From contig NW_024704742.1 of the NCBI RefSeq assembly GCF_018977255.1, forward strand, positions 32,862,001 to 32,926,000: a DNA stretch of 64,000 bases, read 5' to 3'. Positions 37,795 to 48,135 of this stretch are shown piece after piece. The notes beneath the pieces were generated by a model. That model made no database searches and had not been told where the DNA came from. It saw nothing but the letters and a program-made list of their open reading frames with translations. The first letter of the stretch is position 1. Every line of letters starts with the position of its first letter. Both the position numbers and the translations under genes were made by a program. The DNA comes from Callorhinchus milii. Taxonomy: Eukaryota.

Positions 37795-39140
37795 TAATAA
37801 TAATCCTTACAATTAATATAGCGCCTTTCACATAGGGAGGATGTCTCAAAGGCTTCACTGGATTTATTGTAAAGTGTAGTGACTGTATTCTGTAGGTGAA
37901 TGTGGGCAGACAATTTGCACATAGCAATATTCCACAAAGACCCTAAATAAAGTGAGTGACCTATTTTATTTCACAAGATCAGTATGGATGAAGGCAGCCA
38001 TTCTGATCTCTAACCAGATCAGATTCTCATGTCATCCTTCCAGAACACCCACTCTACCATCCTCTCTCTCATTTGGGGAATCGTTGGCGAGGAGATCAAG
38101 AGAAACTCCCTTCTCTTTTCAAGTCGCGTCATGGGATCTTTAGTGTACACGTGAATAGGCAGACAGAACCTCGATTTAACTTCTCATCTGAAGGATTGGG
38201 CAACCCCAGCACTGAAGCGCATTCCCAGACCAGCAATTGAGTGTCAGCCTAGACCAGTGGTGGCCAACCTTGGCCAACAAAATAATCATAGATATCACAA
38301 AATACGAGGGACAAACCAATAGTAATGCCTCCTATTTATTTTGTAAAGAGTGGTAAGTGGTACAGTAATAAAAAGACATACTCAAGATACTTTTAACTAG
38401 GTGGAGGCACAGGACAGCAGTTCCTCGCGTTGATCCGCTCGTTAAGCAGAGAGCAGTAATTGAATTTCTCACATTTGTGGGGGATTTTGCCGAATGAGAT
38501 TCACAATTGCACGATGAAATTGTATGGACAGTTATGTGTTGATGTGAATACTGCAAGACTTAGGTAAATTGTACGAAAAGTGGAGAAACTAAACTTTCAA
38601 GTTCTTAAAGATAGGTCTTAAAAGTTGAGTGTGAGTTGAGTGAGAGTTTTCGTATTGGTCATCATGCCATAGAGATAATTATTGGTAACCTTTGGTTACT
38701 CTAACGTTTGTGCTCTGTGGGTTCCACCAATGTTAGCCGTGTTTTGCAAGGAAACCAGAAAGGTCACATGCACATCATTTTACCCTAAAAGCATACTGCC
38801 ATTGGTTCCACATTGGCGCAAGTGTGCAGATCATGATGGCGACTGTAGAAAAATTACTGTAACTATGTATTCAAAAAGCTTATTGTGTGTCTATATTAAG
38901 TCTTGCAAGTTAACAAATGAAAGAACATTGAGAAAATAGAAAGGTGGCATTACTTTCGGGGCTGTCCCTCACAGAATAGAATTGTGCCACAAATCAAGAA
39001 ATATTCAATCAAGAAACATTGACTTGGTTGGCCAAGTAAAGGGTTTAGCAACCACTGGCCCAGTTCAACGTCCTGACATGGAGCTTGAACCCACAAACTT
39101 TGACTCAGGAGGCCAGAGTGCTACTGACTGAGCCAGGTTG
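37795..39140 (-). mobile_element. Old Deu-type (SacSINE1-like) SINE split into 37795-38254 and 39058-39140
   Basis: Head (CCTGGCTCAGTCAGTAGCACTCT...GGGTTCAAG) at 39085-39140; body GGCTGACACTC, AAGATCCCATG, TGCTATGTGCAAATTG and tail at 37795-38254. Confidence 0.75.
38255..39057. mobile_element. Non-autonomous hAT/Charlie-like DNA transposon (~800 bp) inserted in a Deu-type SINE
   Basis: Imperfect TIRs CAGTGGTGGCCAACC / GTTTAGCAACCACTG, subterminal TTGGCCAA at both ends, degenerate 8-bp flanks GCCTAGAC / GCCCAGTT; host SINE continues on both sides. Confidence 0.65.
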
Positions 39141-39409
39141 GTAGCAAAGTAACGCAGCTTTGGTCTTATAAGGCTTAGAAGCTTTTCTTTCCACTACACA
39201 ACAGAACGAAAACCTGTGGTAAAACGCTACTGCTGTGTCTTAAAGGTACCCCACCTCCCCTACACTGAAGCCCTGCCGGAAAAAAAACATTCCTGTCAGC
39301 ATCTCACACCTTACACCAACCTCTCTCACTTGAGCGCCAATTACAGAGAGAGAGAGAGGGAGAGAGAGAGAGAAATCCAGTCAAGGTGGGGAACCCGGTT
39401 GAATATGAA

Positions 39410-40856
39410 GGACTTGGTTAGGGTGATGGCGAGGGACTCGGTTAGGGTGATGGCGAGGGACTCGGTTAGGGTGATGGCGAGGGACTCGGTTAGGGTGATG
39501 GAGAGGGACTCGGTTAGGGTGATGGAGAGGGACTCGGTTAGGGTGATGGGGGGACTCGGTTAGGGGGATGGCGAGGGACTCGGTTAGGGTGATGGCGAGG
39601 GACTCGGTTAGGGTGATGGCGAGGGACTCGGTTAGGGTGATGGCGAGGGACTCGGTTAGGGTGATGGCGAGGGACTCGGTTAGGGTGATGGCGAGGGACT
39701 CGGTTAGGGTGATGGCGAGGGACTCGGTTAGGGTGATGGCGAGGGACTCGGTTAGGGTGATGGAGAGGGACTCGGTTAGGGTGATGGCGAGGGACTCGGT
39801 TAGGGTGATGGCGAGGGACTCGGTTAGGGTGATGGCGAGGGACTCGGTTAGGGTGATGGTGAAGGAGTCGGATAGAGTGATGGGGATGGTGAGGGACTAT
39901 GTTAGGGTGGTGGTGGTGGTGAGGGACTAAGTTAGGGTGGTGGTGGTGGTGAGGGACTTGGTTAGGGTGGTAGTGGGGGACTTGGTTAGGGTGGTGGGGG
40001 GGGGACTTGGTTAGGGTGGTGGTGGTAGTGGGGGACTTGGTTAGGGTGGTGGGGGGCGGGGGGGACTTGGTTAGGGTGGTGGTTAGGGTGGTGGGGGGCG
40101 GGGGGACTTGGTTAGGGTGGTGGTTAGGGTGGTGGGGGGCGGGGGGGACTTGGTTAGGGTGGTGGTTAGGGTGGTGGTGAGGGGGGACCTGGTTAGGGTG
40201 GTGGTTAGGGTGGTGGTGAGGGGGGGACCTGGTTAGGGTGGTGGTTAGGGTGGTGGTGGGGGGGACCTGGTTAGGGTGGTGGTTAAGAGTGGGTGGTGAG
40301 GGGGGGGGGGGGGGGGACTTGGTTAGGGTGGTGGTTAGGGGGTGGTTAGGGTGGTGGTGGGGGGGGACTTGGTTAGGGTGGTAGTTAGGGTGGTGGTGGG
40401 GGGGGACTTGGTTAGGGTGGTAGTTAGGGTGGTGGTGAGGGGGACTTGGTTAGGGGGGGTGGTGGTGGTGGTGAGGGGGGACTTGGTTAGGGTGGTGGGG
40501 GGGGGGACGACTTGGTTAGGGTGGTGGTTAGGGTGGTGGTGAGGGGGGACTTGGTTAGGGTGGTGGTTAGGGCGGAGGTTAGGGTGGTGGTGAGGGGGGA
40601 CTTGGTTAGGGTGGTGGTTAGGGTGGTGGTGAGGGGGGGACTTGGTTAGGGTGGTGGTTAGGGTGGTGGTGGGGGGGGACTTGGTTAGGGTGGTGGTTAG
40701 GGTGGTGGTGAGGGGGGGGGGGGGGGGACTTGGTTAGGGTGGTGGTAGGGCGGTGGTTAGGGTGGTGGTGAGGGGGGGACTTGGTTAGGGTGGTAGTTAG
40801 GGTGGTGGTGAGGGGGGGACTTGGTTAGGGCGGCGGTGGAGGTGGTGGTGAGGGAC
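39410..40856 (+). repeat. G-rich minisatellite: about 18-19 near-identical 24-bp units (GAGGGACTCGGTTAGGGTGATGGC) grading into variable GGGGACTTGGTTAGGGTGGTGGT units
   Basis: Direct periodicity; the MARDSVRV 8-aa repeat in the ORF track equals 24 bp; nearly every unit contains TTAGGG. Confidence 0.97.
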
Positions 40857-41160
40857 CTCGAGGAGAGTTTCTCGGTGGTTGAAGCGCGGGAAGTTTCCGA
40901 CGGTGAAACGCACGACACCAGCAAAAGCGCGGCATAAAATCACCTCAGAGCAAGAGCTGGACAACCCGGTCAGTCAGCCAGTGCCAGTCAGTGCCAGTCA
41001 GCCAGTGCCAGTCAGTCAGTGCCAGTGCCAGTGTGCCAGTGCCAGTCAGTCGGTAACCTTGTCACTCAGTCAATATGTCAGCTCGTCACTACACTGCCCG
41101 AGCGGGCAGTTACCTGCCGGTCAGTGAAAATAAATAACGGAATAAATAACCAACATGTTG
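40857..41160. promoter_or_regulatory. Second CpG-retaining island with short (CAGT/GCCAGT)n repeat and a possible minus-strand donor (CAG|gtaact at 41113)
   Basis: Elevated CpG (gaagcgcggg, ccgacggtg, aagcgcggc) between two satellites; function inferred only. Confidence 0.35.
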
Positions 41161-41162
41161 AG

Positions 41163-41638
41163 CAGTCAGTGAGTGAGTGAGTGAGTCTCTTACCCTCTCC
41201 GGGGCTGTGTCTCTCTTACCCGCTCTCTCTCTCTCTCTCTCTCCCTCTCTGTCTCTCTCCCTCTCTCTCCGGGGATTGGTGTCTGTCGCCACAGGGGATT
41301 CTGTCACTCAGTCCCTTGTCACTCACTCTCTCTCTCTCCACTCACTCACTCTCTCACACACTCTCACACACTCTCTCCTCTCACACTCACTCACTCACTC
41401 TCTCCTCTCACACTCTCTCCTCTCACTCACTCTCTCGCTCACTCTCTCCTCTCACTCACTCTCTCGCTCACTCTCTCCTCTCACTCACTCTCTCACACTC
41501 TCTCCTCTCACTCACACACTCACACACTCTCTCCTCTCACACTCTCTCCTCACACTCACTCACTCACTCACTCACACTCTCTCTCTCTCTCCTCTCACAC
41601 TCACTCACTCACACTCTCTCTCTCTCTGTGGGGTCTCT

Positions 41639-41674
<36 letters not shown>

Positions 41675-41711
41675 TCTGTCTCTCTCACCCCTTTCCCTCT
41701 CTCTCTCTCTG
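41163..41711. repeat. Compound (CT)n/(CA)n/(CACT)n microsatellite
   Basis: Directly visible low-complexity tract. Confidence 0.95.
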
Positions 41712-41997
41712 TGCTCGAGCTGTTGGCTGCCCGCGCCGCTGATGGAGGGGAGAGGGGGCGCGCGCGCGCCACCTGCGGGAGGGGGGGGATGCGCGCGCCA
41801 CTGCGGGGTGGGGGTGGTGGGGAGCGCGCGCCACGGTGGGGGGGGGGGGGGTGGGGGGTGCGCGCCACCTGCGGGAGGGGAGGGTGCGCGCGCCCCTGCG
41901 GGGGGGGGGGTGCGCGCGCCGCTGCGGGGGGGTGCGCGCGCCGCTGATGGCAGGTGTCAGGGAGGGGGCGGCGTCCTGAGGCGCTAAACGCACTCAC
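41712..41997. promoter_or_regulatory. CpG-island-like GC-rich tract of GCGCGCGCC(ACCT)GCGGG..G(n) units; probable UGT8 promoter/first-intron region
   Basis: The most CpG-dense stretch in a CpG-poor window; about 7 degenerate GCGCGC units separated by G runs. Confidence 0.6.
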
Positions 41998-42097
41998 CGT
42001 TTCTCCCTCTCTCTCTCCCTCTCACTCACTCTCTCTCCTCTCTTCTTTCCTCGCCGTTTCTTTCCATAAACAGTCACCAGCAACAGAGAACGCCTGT
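41998..42097 (-). other. UGT8: Candidate non-coding first exon of UGT8
   Basis: ~100 bp island between repeats ending in consensus donor ACG|gtgagt (41997-41992), leading into a CpG-dense tract. The first coding exon has an acceptor 2 nt before the ATG, so an upstream exon is required. TSS position unknown. Confidence 0.45.
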
Positions 42098-43600
42098 CAG
42101 TGTGTGTGTGTGTGTGTGTGTTACACTCCGGGTCTGTGTGTGTGTTACACTCCGGGTCTGTGTGTGTGTGTATTACACTCTGTGTCTGTCTGTGTGTTAC
42201 ACTCTGGGTCTGTGTTTGTGTTACACTCTGGGTCTGTGTGTGTGTGTGTGTCTGTGTGTGTGTGTGTTCCACTCTGTGTCTGTGTGTGTGTGTGTGTGTG
42301 TGTGTACACTCTGGGTCTGTGTGTGTCTGTGTGTTACACTCTGGGTCTGTGTTTGTGTTACACTCTGGGTCTGTGTGTGTGTGTTACACTCTGGGTCTGT
42401 GTGTTGTGTTACACTCTGGGTCTGTGTGTGTGTGTTACACTCTGGTCTGTGTGTGTGTGTGTGTTACACTCTGGGTCTGTGTGTGTGTGTGTGTGTTACA
42501 CTCTGGGTCTGTGTGTTTGTGTGTGTGTTACACTCTGGGTCTGTGTGTGTGTGTTGTGTTACACTCTGGTCTTGTGTGTGTGTGTGTTACACTCTGGTCT
42601 GTGTGTGTGTGTGTGTTACACTCTGGGTCTGTGTGTGTGTGTGTTACACTCTGGGTCTGTGTGTGTGTGTGTGTGTTACACTCTGGGTCTGTGTGTGTGT
42701 GTGTTACACTCTGGGTCTGTGTGTGTGTGTACACTCTGGGTCTGTGTGTGTGTGTATTACACTCTGGGTCTGTGTGTGTGTGTTACACTCCGTGTCTGTG
42801 TGTGTTGTGTTCCACTCTGTGTCTGTGTGTGTGTGTGTGTGTTACACTCTGGGTCTGTGTGTGTCTGTGTGTTACACTCTGGGTCTGTGTGTTGTGTTAC
42901 ACTCTGGGTCTGTGTGTGTGTGTGTTACACTCTGGGTCTGTGTTTGTGTTACACTCTGGGTCTGTGTGTGTGTATTACACTCTGGGTCTGTGTGTGTGTG
43001 TTACACTCTGGGTCTGTGTGTGTGTTACACTCTGGGTCTGTGTGTGTGTGTGTTACACTCTGGGTCTGTGTGTTTGTGTTATACCCTAGGACTGTGTATT
43101 TGTGTTACATTCTGGGTCTGTGTTTGTTTGTTACACTCTGGGTCTGTGTTTGTGTGTCTTTCACTCTGTGTCTATGTGTGTGTTGTACTCTGCATCTATG
43201 TGTGTGTTACACTCTGCGTCTATGTGTGTGTCACACTCTGGGTCTCTATGTGTGTTACACTCTGGGTCTGTGTGTGTGTGCGTGTTCTGGGTCTGTGTGT
43301 GTGTGTGTTACACTCTGCATCTATGTGTGTCTTACACTCTGTGTCTATGTGTCTGTTACACTTTGGGTCTGTGTGTGTGTGTTACACTCTGGGTCTGTGT
43401 GTGTGTTACACTCTGGGGCTGTGTGTGTGTTACACTCTGGGTCTGTGTGTGTGTTACACTCTGGGTCTGTGTGTGTGTGTTACACTCTGGGTTGTGTGTG
43501 TGTGTTACACTCTGGGTCTGTGTGTGTTACACTCTGGGTCTGTGTGTGTGTTACACTCTGGCTCTGTGTGTGTGTTACACTCTGGGTCTGTGTGTTTGTG
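42098..43600 (+). repeat. Minisatellite TTACACTCTGGGTC(TG)n with variable TG length
   Basis: Dozens of directly visible units. Confidence 0.97.
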
Positions 43601-43601
43601 T

Positions 43602-44025
43602 AGGGAGCGAGGAGGGGGAAGAGAGTCGAGAGGGGAGCTGAAGGCTCGGTCAAAGAGAAAGGTTTTGAGACCGGCCTTGAAGGAGGAAAGGGAGGAAGCA
43701 AGGCGAAGGCACTGGGGGATGGAGTTCCAGAGCCTCGGGGGCTGAGAGGCTGAAGGCCCGGTCACCGATGGTAGGGCAGTTGGGGCGGGGGACGTGGAGC
43801 AGACCGGCGCCAGAGGAACGGAGGGTATGGGCAGGTAGGTAGGGGGATAGTAGGTTGGAGAGGTAGGAGGGAGCAAGGCCGTGAATGGCCTTGTAGGTGA
43901 GGATGAGGATCTTGAAATCAATCCTCTGGGGGATGGGGAGCCAGTGGAGGTGAGCGAGGGTGGGAGTGATGTGGTCCCGAAGCCTGGTGCGGGACAGTAC
44001 ACGAGCTGCAGAGTTCTGAATGACC
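43602..44025 (-). mobile_element. L2 LINE 3' ORF fragment (tail missing here)
   Basis: Minus strand encodes VIQNSAARVLSRTRLRDHITPTLAHLHWLPIPQRIDFKILILTYKAIHGLAPSYL, the typical L2 C-terminal region. Confidence 0.9.
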
Positions 44026-44752
44026 AAACATACACAAACACACACACACACAGACCCAGAGTGTAACACACACACAGACCCAGAGTGTAACACACACACA
44101 GACCCAGAGTGTAACACACACACAGACCCAGAGTGCGACACACACACAGACACACAGTGTAACATACAGAGACCCAGAGTGTAAAACACACACAGACCTA
44201 GAGAGTAACACACACACAGACTCATAGAGTAACATACACATAGACCCAGAGTGTGACACACACAAACCCAGCGTGTAACACACGCAAGGACCCTGAGTGT
44301 AACACACACACAGACGCAGAGTGTAACACACACAGAGACACACAGCATAACGCACATACACCGTCCCAAAGCGTAACACACACACGCACAGACCCAGAGC
44401 GTAACACACACACACACACACCCAGAGCATAACACATAGACCCAGAGTGTAACACACACAAACACAGACCCAGAGTGTAACACACACACACAGACCCAGA
44501 GTGTAACACACACAGAGACCAGAGTGTAACACACACACACAGACCCAGAGTGTAACACACAGAGACCCAGAGTGTAACACACACATAGACCCAGAGTGTA
44601 ACACACACATAGACAGCAGAGTGTAACACACACATAGACACAGAGTGTAACACACACACACAGACCCAGAGTGTAACACACATAGAGACCCAGTGTGTAA
44701 CACACACACACAGACCCAGAGTGTAACACAGAGACCCAGAGTGTAACACACA
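44026..44752 (-). repeat. Same minisatellite in inverted orientation (GACCCAGAGTGTAA(CA)n)
   Basis: Reverse complement of the 42098-43600 unit; ends at the N gap. Confidence 0.95.
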
Positions 44753-44777
44753 NNNNNNNNNNNNNNNNNNNNNNNNN
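44753..44777. other. Assembly gap (25 N)
   Basis: Run of N. Confidence 0.99.
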
Positions 44778-44943
44778 CCTTCCCTCCTCACCCTGACCAT
44801 TTCCCCCTCCTCGCTCCCTCCCTTCCCTCCCCTCACCCTGACCATTTCCCCCCTGCTCGGGTCATGACCCAACTGTGCAGCGCCTTGGGACGTCCTCCTA
44901 ACCTGAAAGGCGCTTTATAAATGGAATCTTGTTGTTGTTGTTG
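44778..44943 (+). mobile_element. L2 3' UTR, stem-loop and (TTG)n tail
   Basis: CAGCGCCTTGGGACGTCCTCCTAACCTGAAAGGCGCT...(TTG)n, same tail as the L2 copies ending at 2460 and 9087. Confidence 0.88.
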
Positions 44944-45885
44944 TGTGTTACACTTTGGGACTTGTGTTTGTGTTACACTCTGGATCTGTGTATGTGATAC
45001 ACACTGGGTCTATGTGTGTGTCACACTCTGGGTCTCTGTGTGTGTCACACTCTGGGTCTGTGTGTGTGTTACAATCTGGGTCTGTGTGTGTGTTACAGTC
45101 TGGGTCTGTGTGTGTGCATTACCCCCTGGGTCTCTGTGTGTGTGCGTCACATTCTGGGTCTGGGTGTGTATAGGTTACACTCTGAGTCTGTGTGTATGTG
45201 CGTTACACTCTGGATCTGTGTGTGTGTGTGCTGTACAGTACAAAAGGTCTCTACTACACTCAGTTTCTGTATGTGCGCGCTATACACAGGGGCTCTGGTA
45301 CACTCCGAGTCCGCGTGTGTGTTTGCTACACTCAGGGTCTATGTGTGTGAGTGTGTGTGTGTCTGTGTGCTGTTGAGTACACAGGGTCTCTGCTACAGTC
45401 AAGGTCTGTTTGTGTGAGTTAGCTACACTCAGGCTATATGTGTGCTGTAGAGCACACAAGGGCTCTCTGCTACACTCTGTGTGTGTGTGTGTGTGTACTG
45501 CACAAAGGATCTCTGCTACACTCGGGGTCTCTGCCACACTCAGGGTTTTTGTGTATATGTATGTATGTATGTTTGTGCTGCACACAATGGCTCTCTGCTA
45601 CATTGGGTCTGTGTGTGTGTGTGTACTGCACAAATGGTCTCTGCTACATTCAGGGTCTCTCTCTGCTGCACTCAGGGTTTTTGTGTGTATGTATGTTTGT
45701 GCTGCACACAAGGGCTCTCTGCTTCATTGGCTGTGTGTGTGTGTGTGTGTACTGTACACAGGGTCTCTCTGCTGCACTCAAGAGTCTCTCAGCTACACAG
45801 AGGGTCTCTCTCACTCTGCTACACTCATGGTCTCTCTCTCTCTCTGCTACACACAGCGTCTCTCGCTCTCGTTCTCTCTGTGGTG
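44944..45885 (+). repeat. Diverged continuation of the TG minisatellite, drifting to TGCTACACTCAGGGTCTC-type units
   Basis: Directly visible, progressively degenerate units. Confidence 0.9.
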
Positions 45886-46354
45886 CTCACATCCCCTGCA
45901 TCAGAGGTCCAAGCTACCTGATGAGATAGTTATTAAAGTTCCCACATGAAACAGAGTTTCTCCTGGAGTCTTGGCTGAAGGATGGCATCTCTGTGCCATC
46001 CATTTATTGTGAACAAATACACATCAATACCCATATGTACTCCACTTTTAAACAAAGATACTGAGTGTGATTACACTCCGATATCAATACTTTTGTTAAA
46101 AATCTGGAGCTCAAACAATAGTTGCTGGATGTTTGGGGGAGGGGCACGTTTTTTGTGTCTTTCCTGGTAAAATCTACAGGTACAAGTCATTCATCCGTGT
46201 CTTGACCAGTTCTGCCTTCCCCCTACTTTCATAACATTGTCCACCTCTGCCAATGCTTCTTTCTTGGGCAGCCAAGACCCTTATCTAAGCGCTTAGCGCT
46301 TTGAGACGTCTAGAAGACAGGAAAAGCGCTATATCAAATGGAAGGATTATTATT

Positions 46355-46955
46355 ATATCCATGCTTTTATCAAGTCCAGGCTTCTCTCTACTCACTGGAC
46401 TTGCTAACTCTTTCTTCCACAGGTTGCAGACTATTCTGAATTCAGCTCTTCTTCTCTCGCACACCAGGTTCCCCAAACCTATCACCTCCGTCCTTGCCCG
46501 GCTCCACTGCCACCCCACCACCCCAGAGGCTAGCGTTCAATTTCCTAGCCCTCAATTTTAAAGTCCTCCATAGTCTTGTCTCACCCTACTTTTGTGACCT
46601 TCTAAAACCTTATCACCCCAACTTTTCCCTCCATTCTGCAGGCACTGGCCTGGTTCTCATTCCCTGCCCCGCCTGCTTAACCATCCGTAATTGGGACTTC
46701 AGCCTTCCAGCCCCACTCTCTGGAACTCCATCTTGGAGTCCTTTTGCCTCACCCTTCCCTTTGCCTCACTCCTCTTTGTCTTACCCCTTCCCTCATCTCC
46801 TTCAAGGTCCAACTCAAGACCTTCCTCTTTGACAGCACTTTCGGTCATCTTCCCACCTCCTTTTGTCCTGATCCTCATGGGTGCAAACTCTCAACTGCCG
46901 TGGGATGACCTCTCGACGTTAAAAGTCCTACATAAATACAATTTGTTATTTGTTT
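46355..46955 (+). mobile_element. L2 3' fragment
   Basis: LQTILNSA...KPITSVLARLH, APTLWNSI, degenerate tail. Confidence 0.8.
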
Positions 46956-47834
46956 GCTATTTGTTATGTATTCTGATGTGTAACAATTCTTCTGCATTTC
47001 AAGATGGCTGTTGTCATTCCATTTCCTTGCTTTTAATGTAATTCATGACTTACAACATTGACAAAGTAAAAAAATTTCAAATTATATTTTGTATGTTTTA
47101 ATCATCATAAGGGAAAGTAGGCTGGGAATTTAAATACTTATTCCATTTCTAGTGTAAAAATTGGCATTACAGTACAGTTAAATGCAAGCCTAAGTCCCAA
47201 CAAGACAATCCCTCTGACACCAGCAAGATATGTTCTGCCTCCCATACCACCCACCCAAGGCCTCCCTTAGTAAAATGGCAAATTCAGTATCCATTGCTGA
47301 ATTAAGACAGTTTAGAGCTGCGAGCACACACCCACTAGGAGAACAATAGTGAATAATCTTCGCACTAATTGTCCTCAAAATATTCAGAATTTTAAAGATT
47401 TCTGTTTGATTTCTTTTGTTCAATGGAAGTAGGCCCAATATTTTAAGCTATTCTCGTAAGTATAACACTGCATCTCTGATATCCTGTTTTGGGGACCTTG
47501 CAAGGCATAAAATGGTTGCCACATTTGCCTACAAAAATAATTATAATTATTGTGAATAATAATAATAATGCTTACATTTGGTGTAGCGCATTTCTTAAAA
47601 TATTTCATAGGATTTACTTTAAAGGGCAGTAACTGTGTTAATTGTAGGCAAATGTGGCAGCCAATTTGCCCATTGCAATGTTCCACAAAACACCCATGAA
47701 GTTAATGATCAATTTTATCTGGGGAATTGTTGGCTAGGATACTGCGATAAATTTCTTTCTCTTTTTGAACAGTACCACAGGATTTTGAACAGGTAGACAG
47801 GACTTTGTTTTAACTTTGGTCTCATCAGAGACAT

Positions 47835-48135
47835 TCGTAGCACTCTCATCTCTGAGTTAGAAAGTTTGGATTCAAGCCCCACAAACGAATTCTGGAGCTC
47901 ATGTACTATAAGCTGACACTCCAATGCAATGCAGGGTGTACGGCTTTGTCAGCGATGTCATCCTTCAGATAATATGTTAACCGAGGCCCCATCTGCCTGC
48001 TCAGGTTAAAGACCCCATGACAATATTTGAAAAAAGAAAGGAGTTTCTCCCAGGTCTCTCAGATAAAATTGATCATTCATGTCATGCTATTTGTGGGACA
48101 TTGTGGGAAATTGGCTACTGCTTTCATCCACAAAT
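47835..48135 (+). mobile_element. Old Deu-type SINE (tail truncated)
   Basis: TAGCACTCTC..CTGAG, TTCAAGCCCCAC, GCTGACACTCC, TTAACCGAGGCCCCATCTGCC, TTTGTGGGAC..AAATTGGCT. Confidence 0.7.

Noticed and set aside
39216..39930. MARDSVRV-repeat ORFs
   Set aside because: Translation of the 24-bp minisatellite; no splice or domain support.
39410..40856. CRISPR array or interstitial telomere
   Set aside because: No unique spacers or cas genes in a vertebrate context; TTAGGG is never tandem.
41177..41997. Ser/Leu/His/Thr-rich and Gly/Ala-rich ORFs
   Set aside because: CT/CA microsatellite and GC tract translations.
41954..45949. Long Cys/Val-rich ORFs (up to 549 aa) on both strands
   Set aside because: Translations of (TG)n minisatellite; open in several frames only because the unit lacks stops.
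45918..45958. CTGATGA...GAAAC hammerhead candidate
   Set aside because: No stem II or flanking helices; context resembles a decayed Deu-type SINE.
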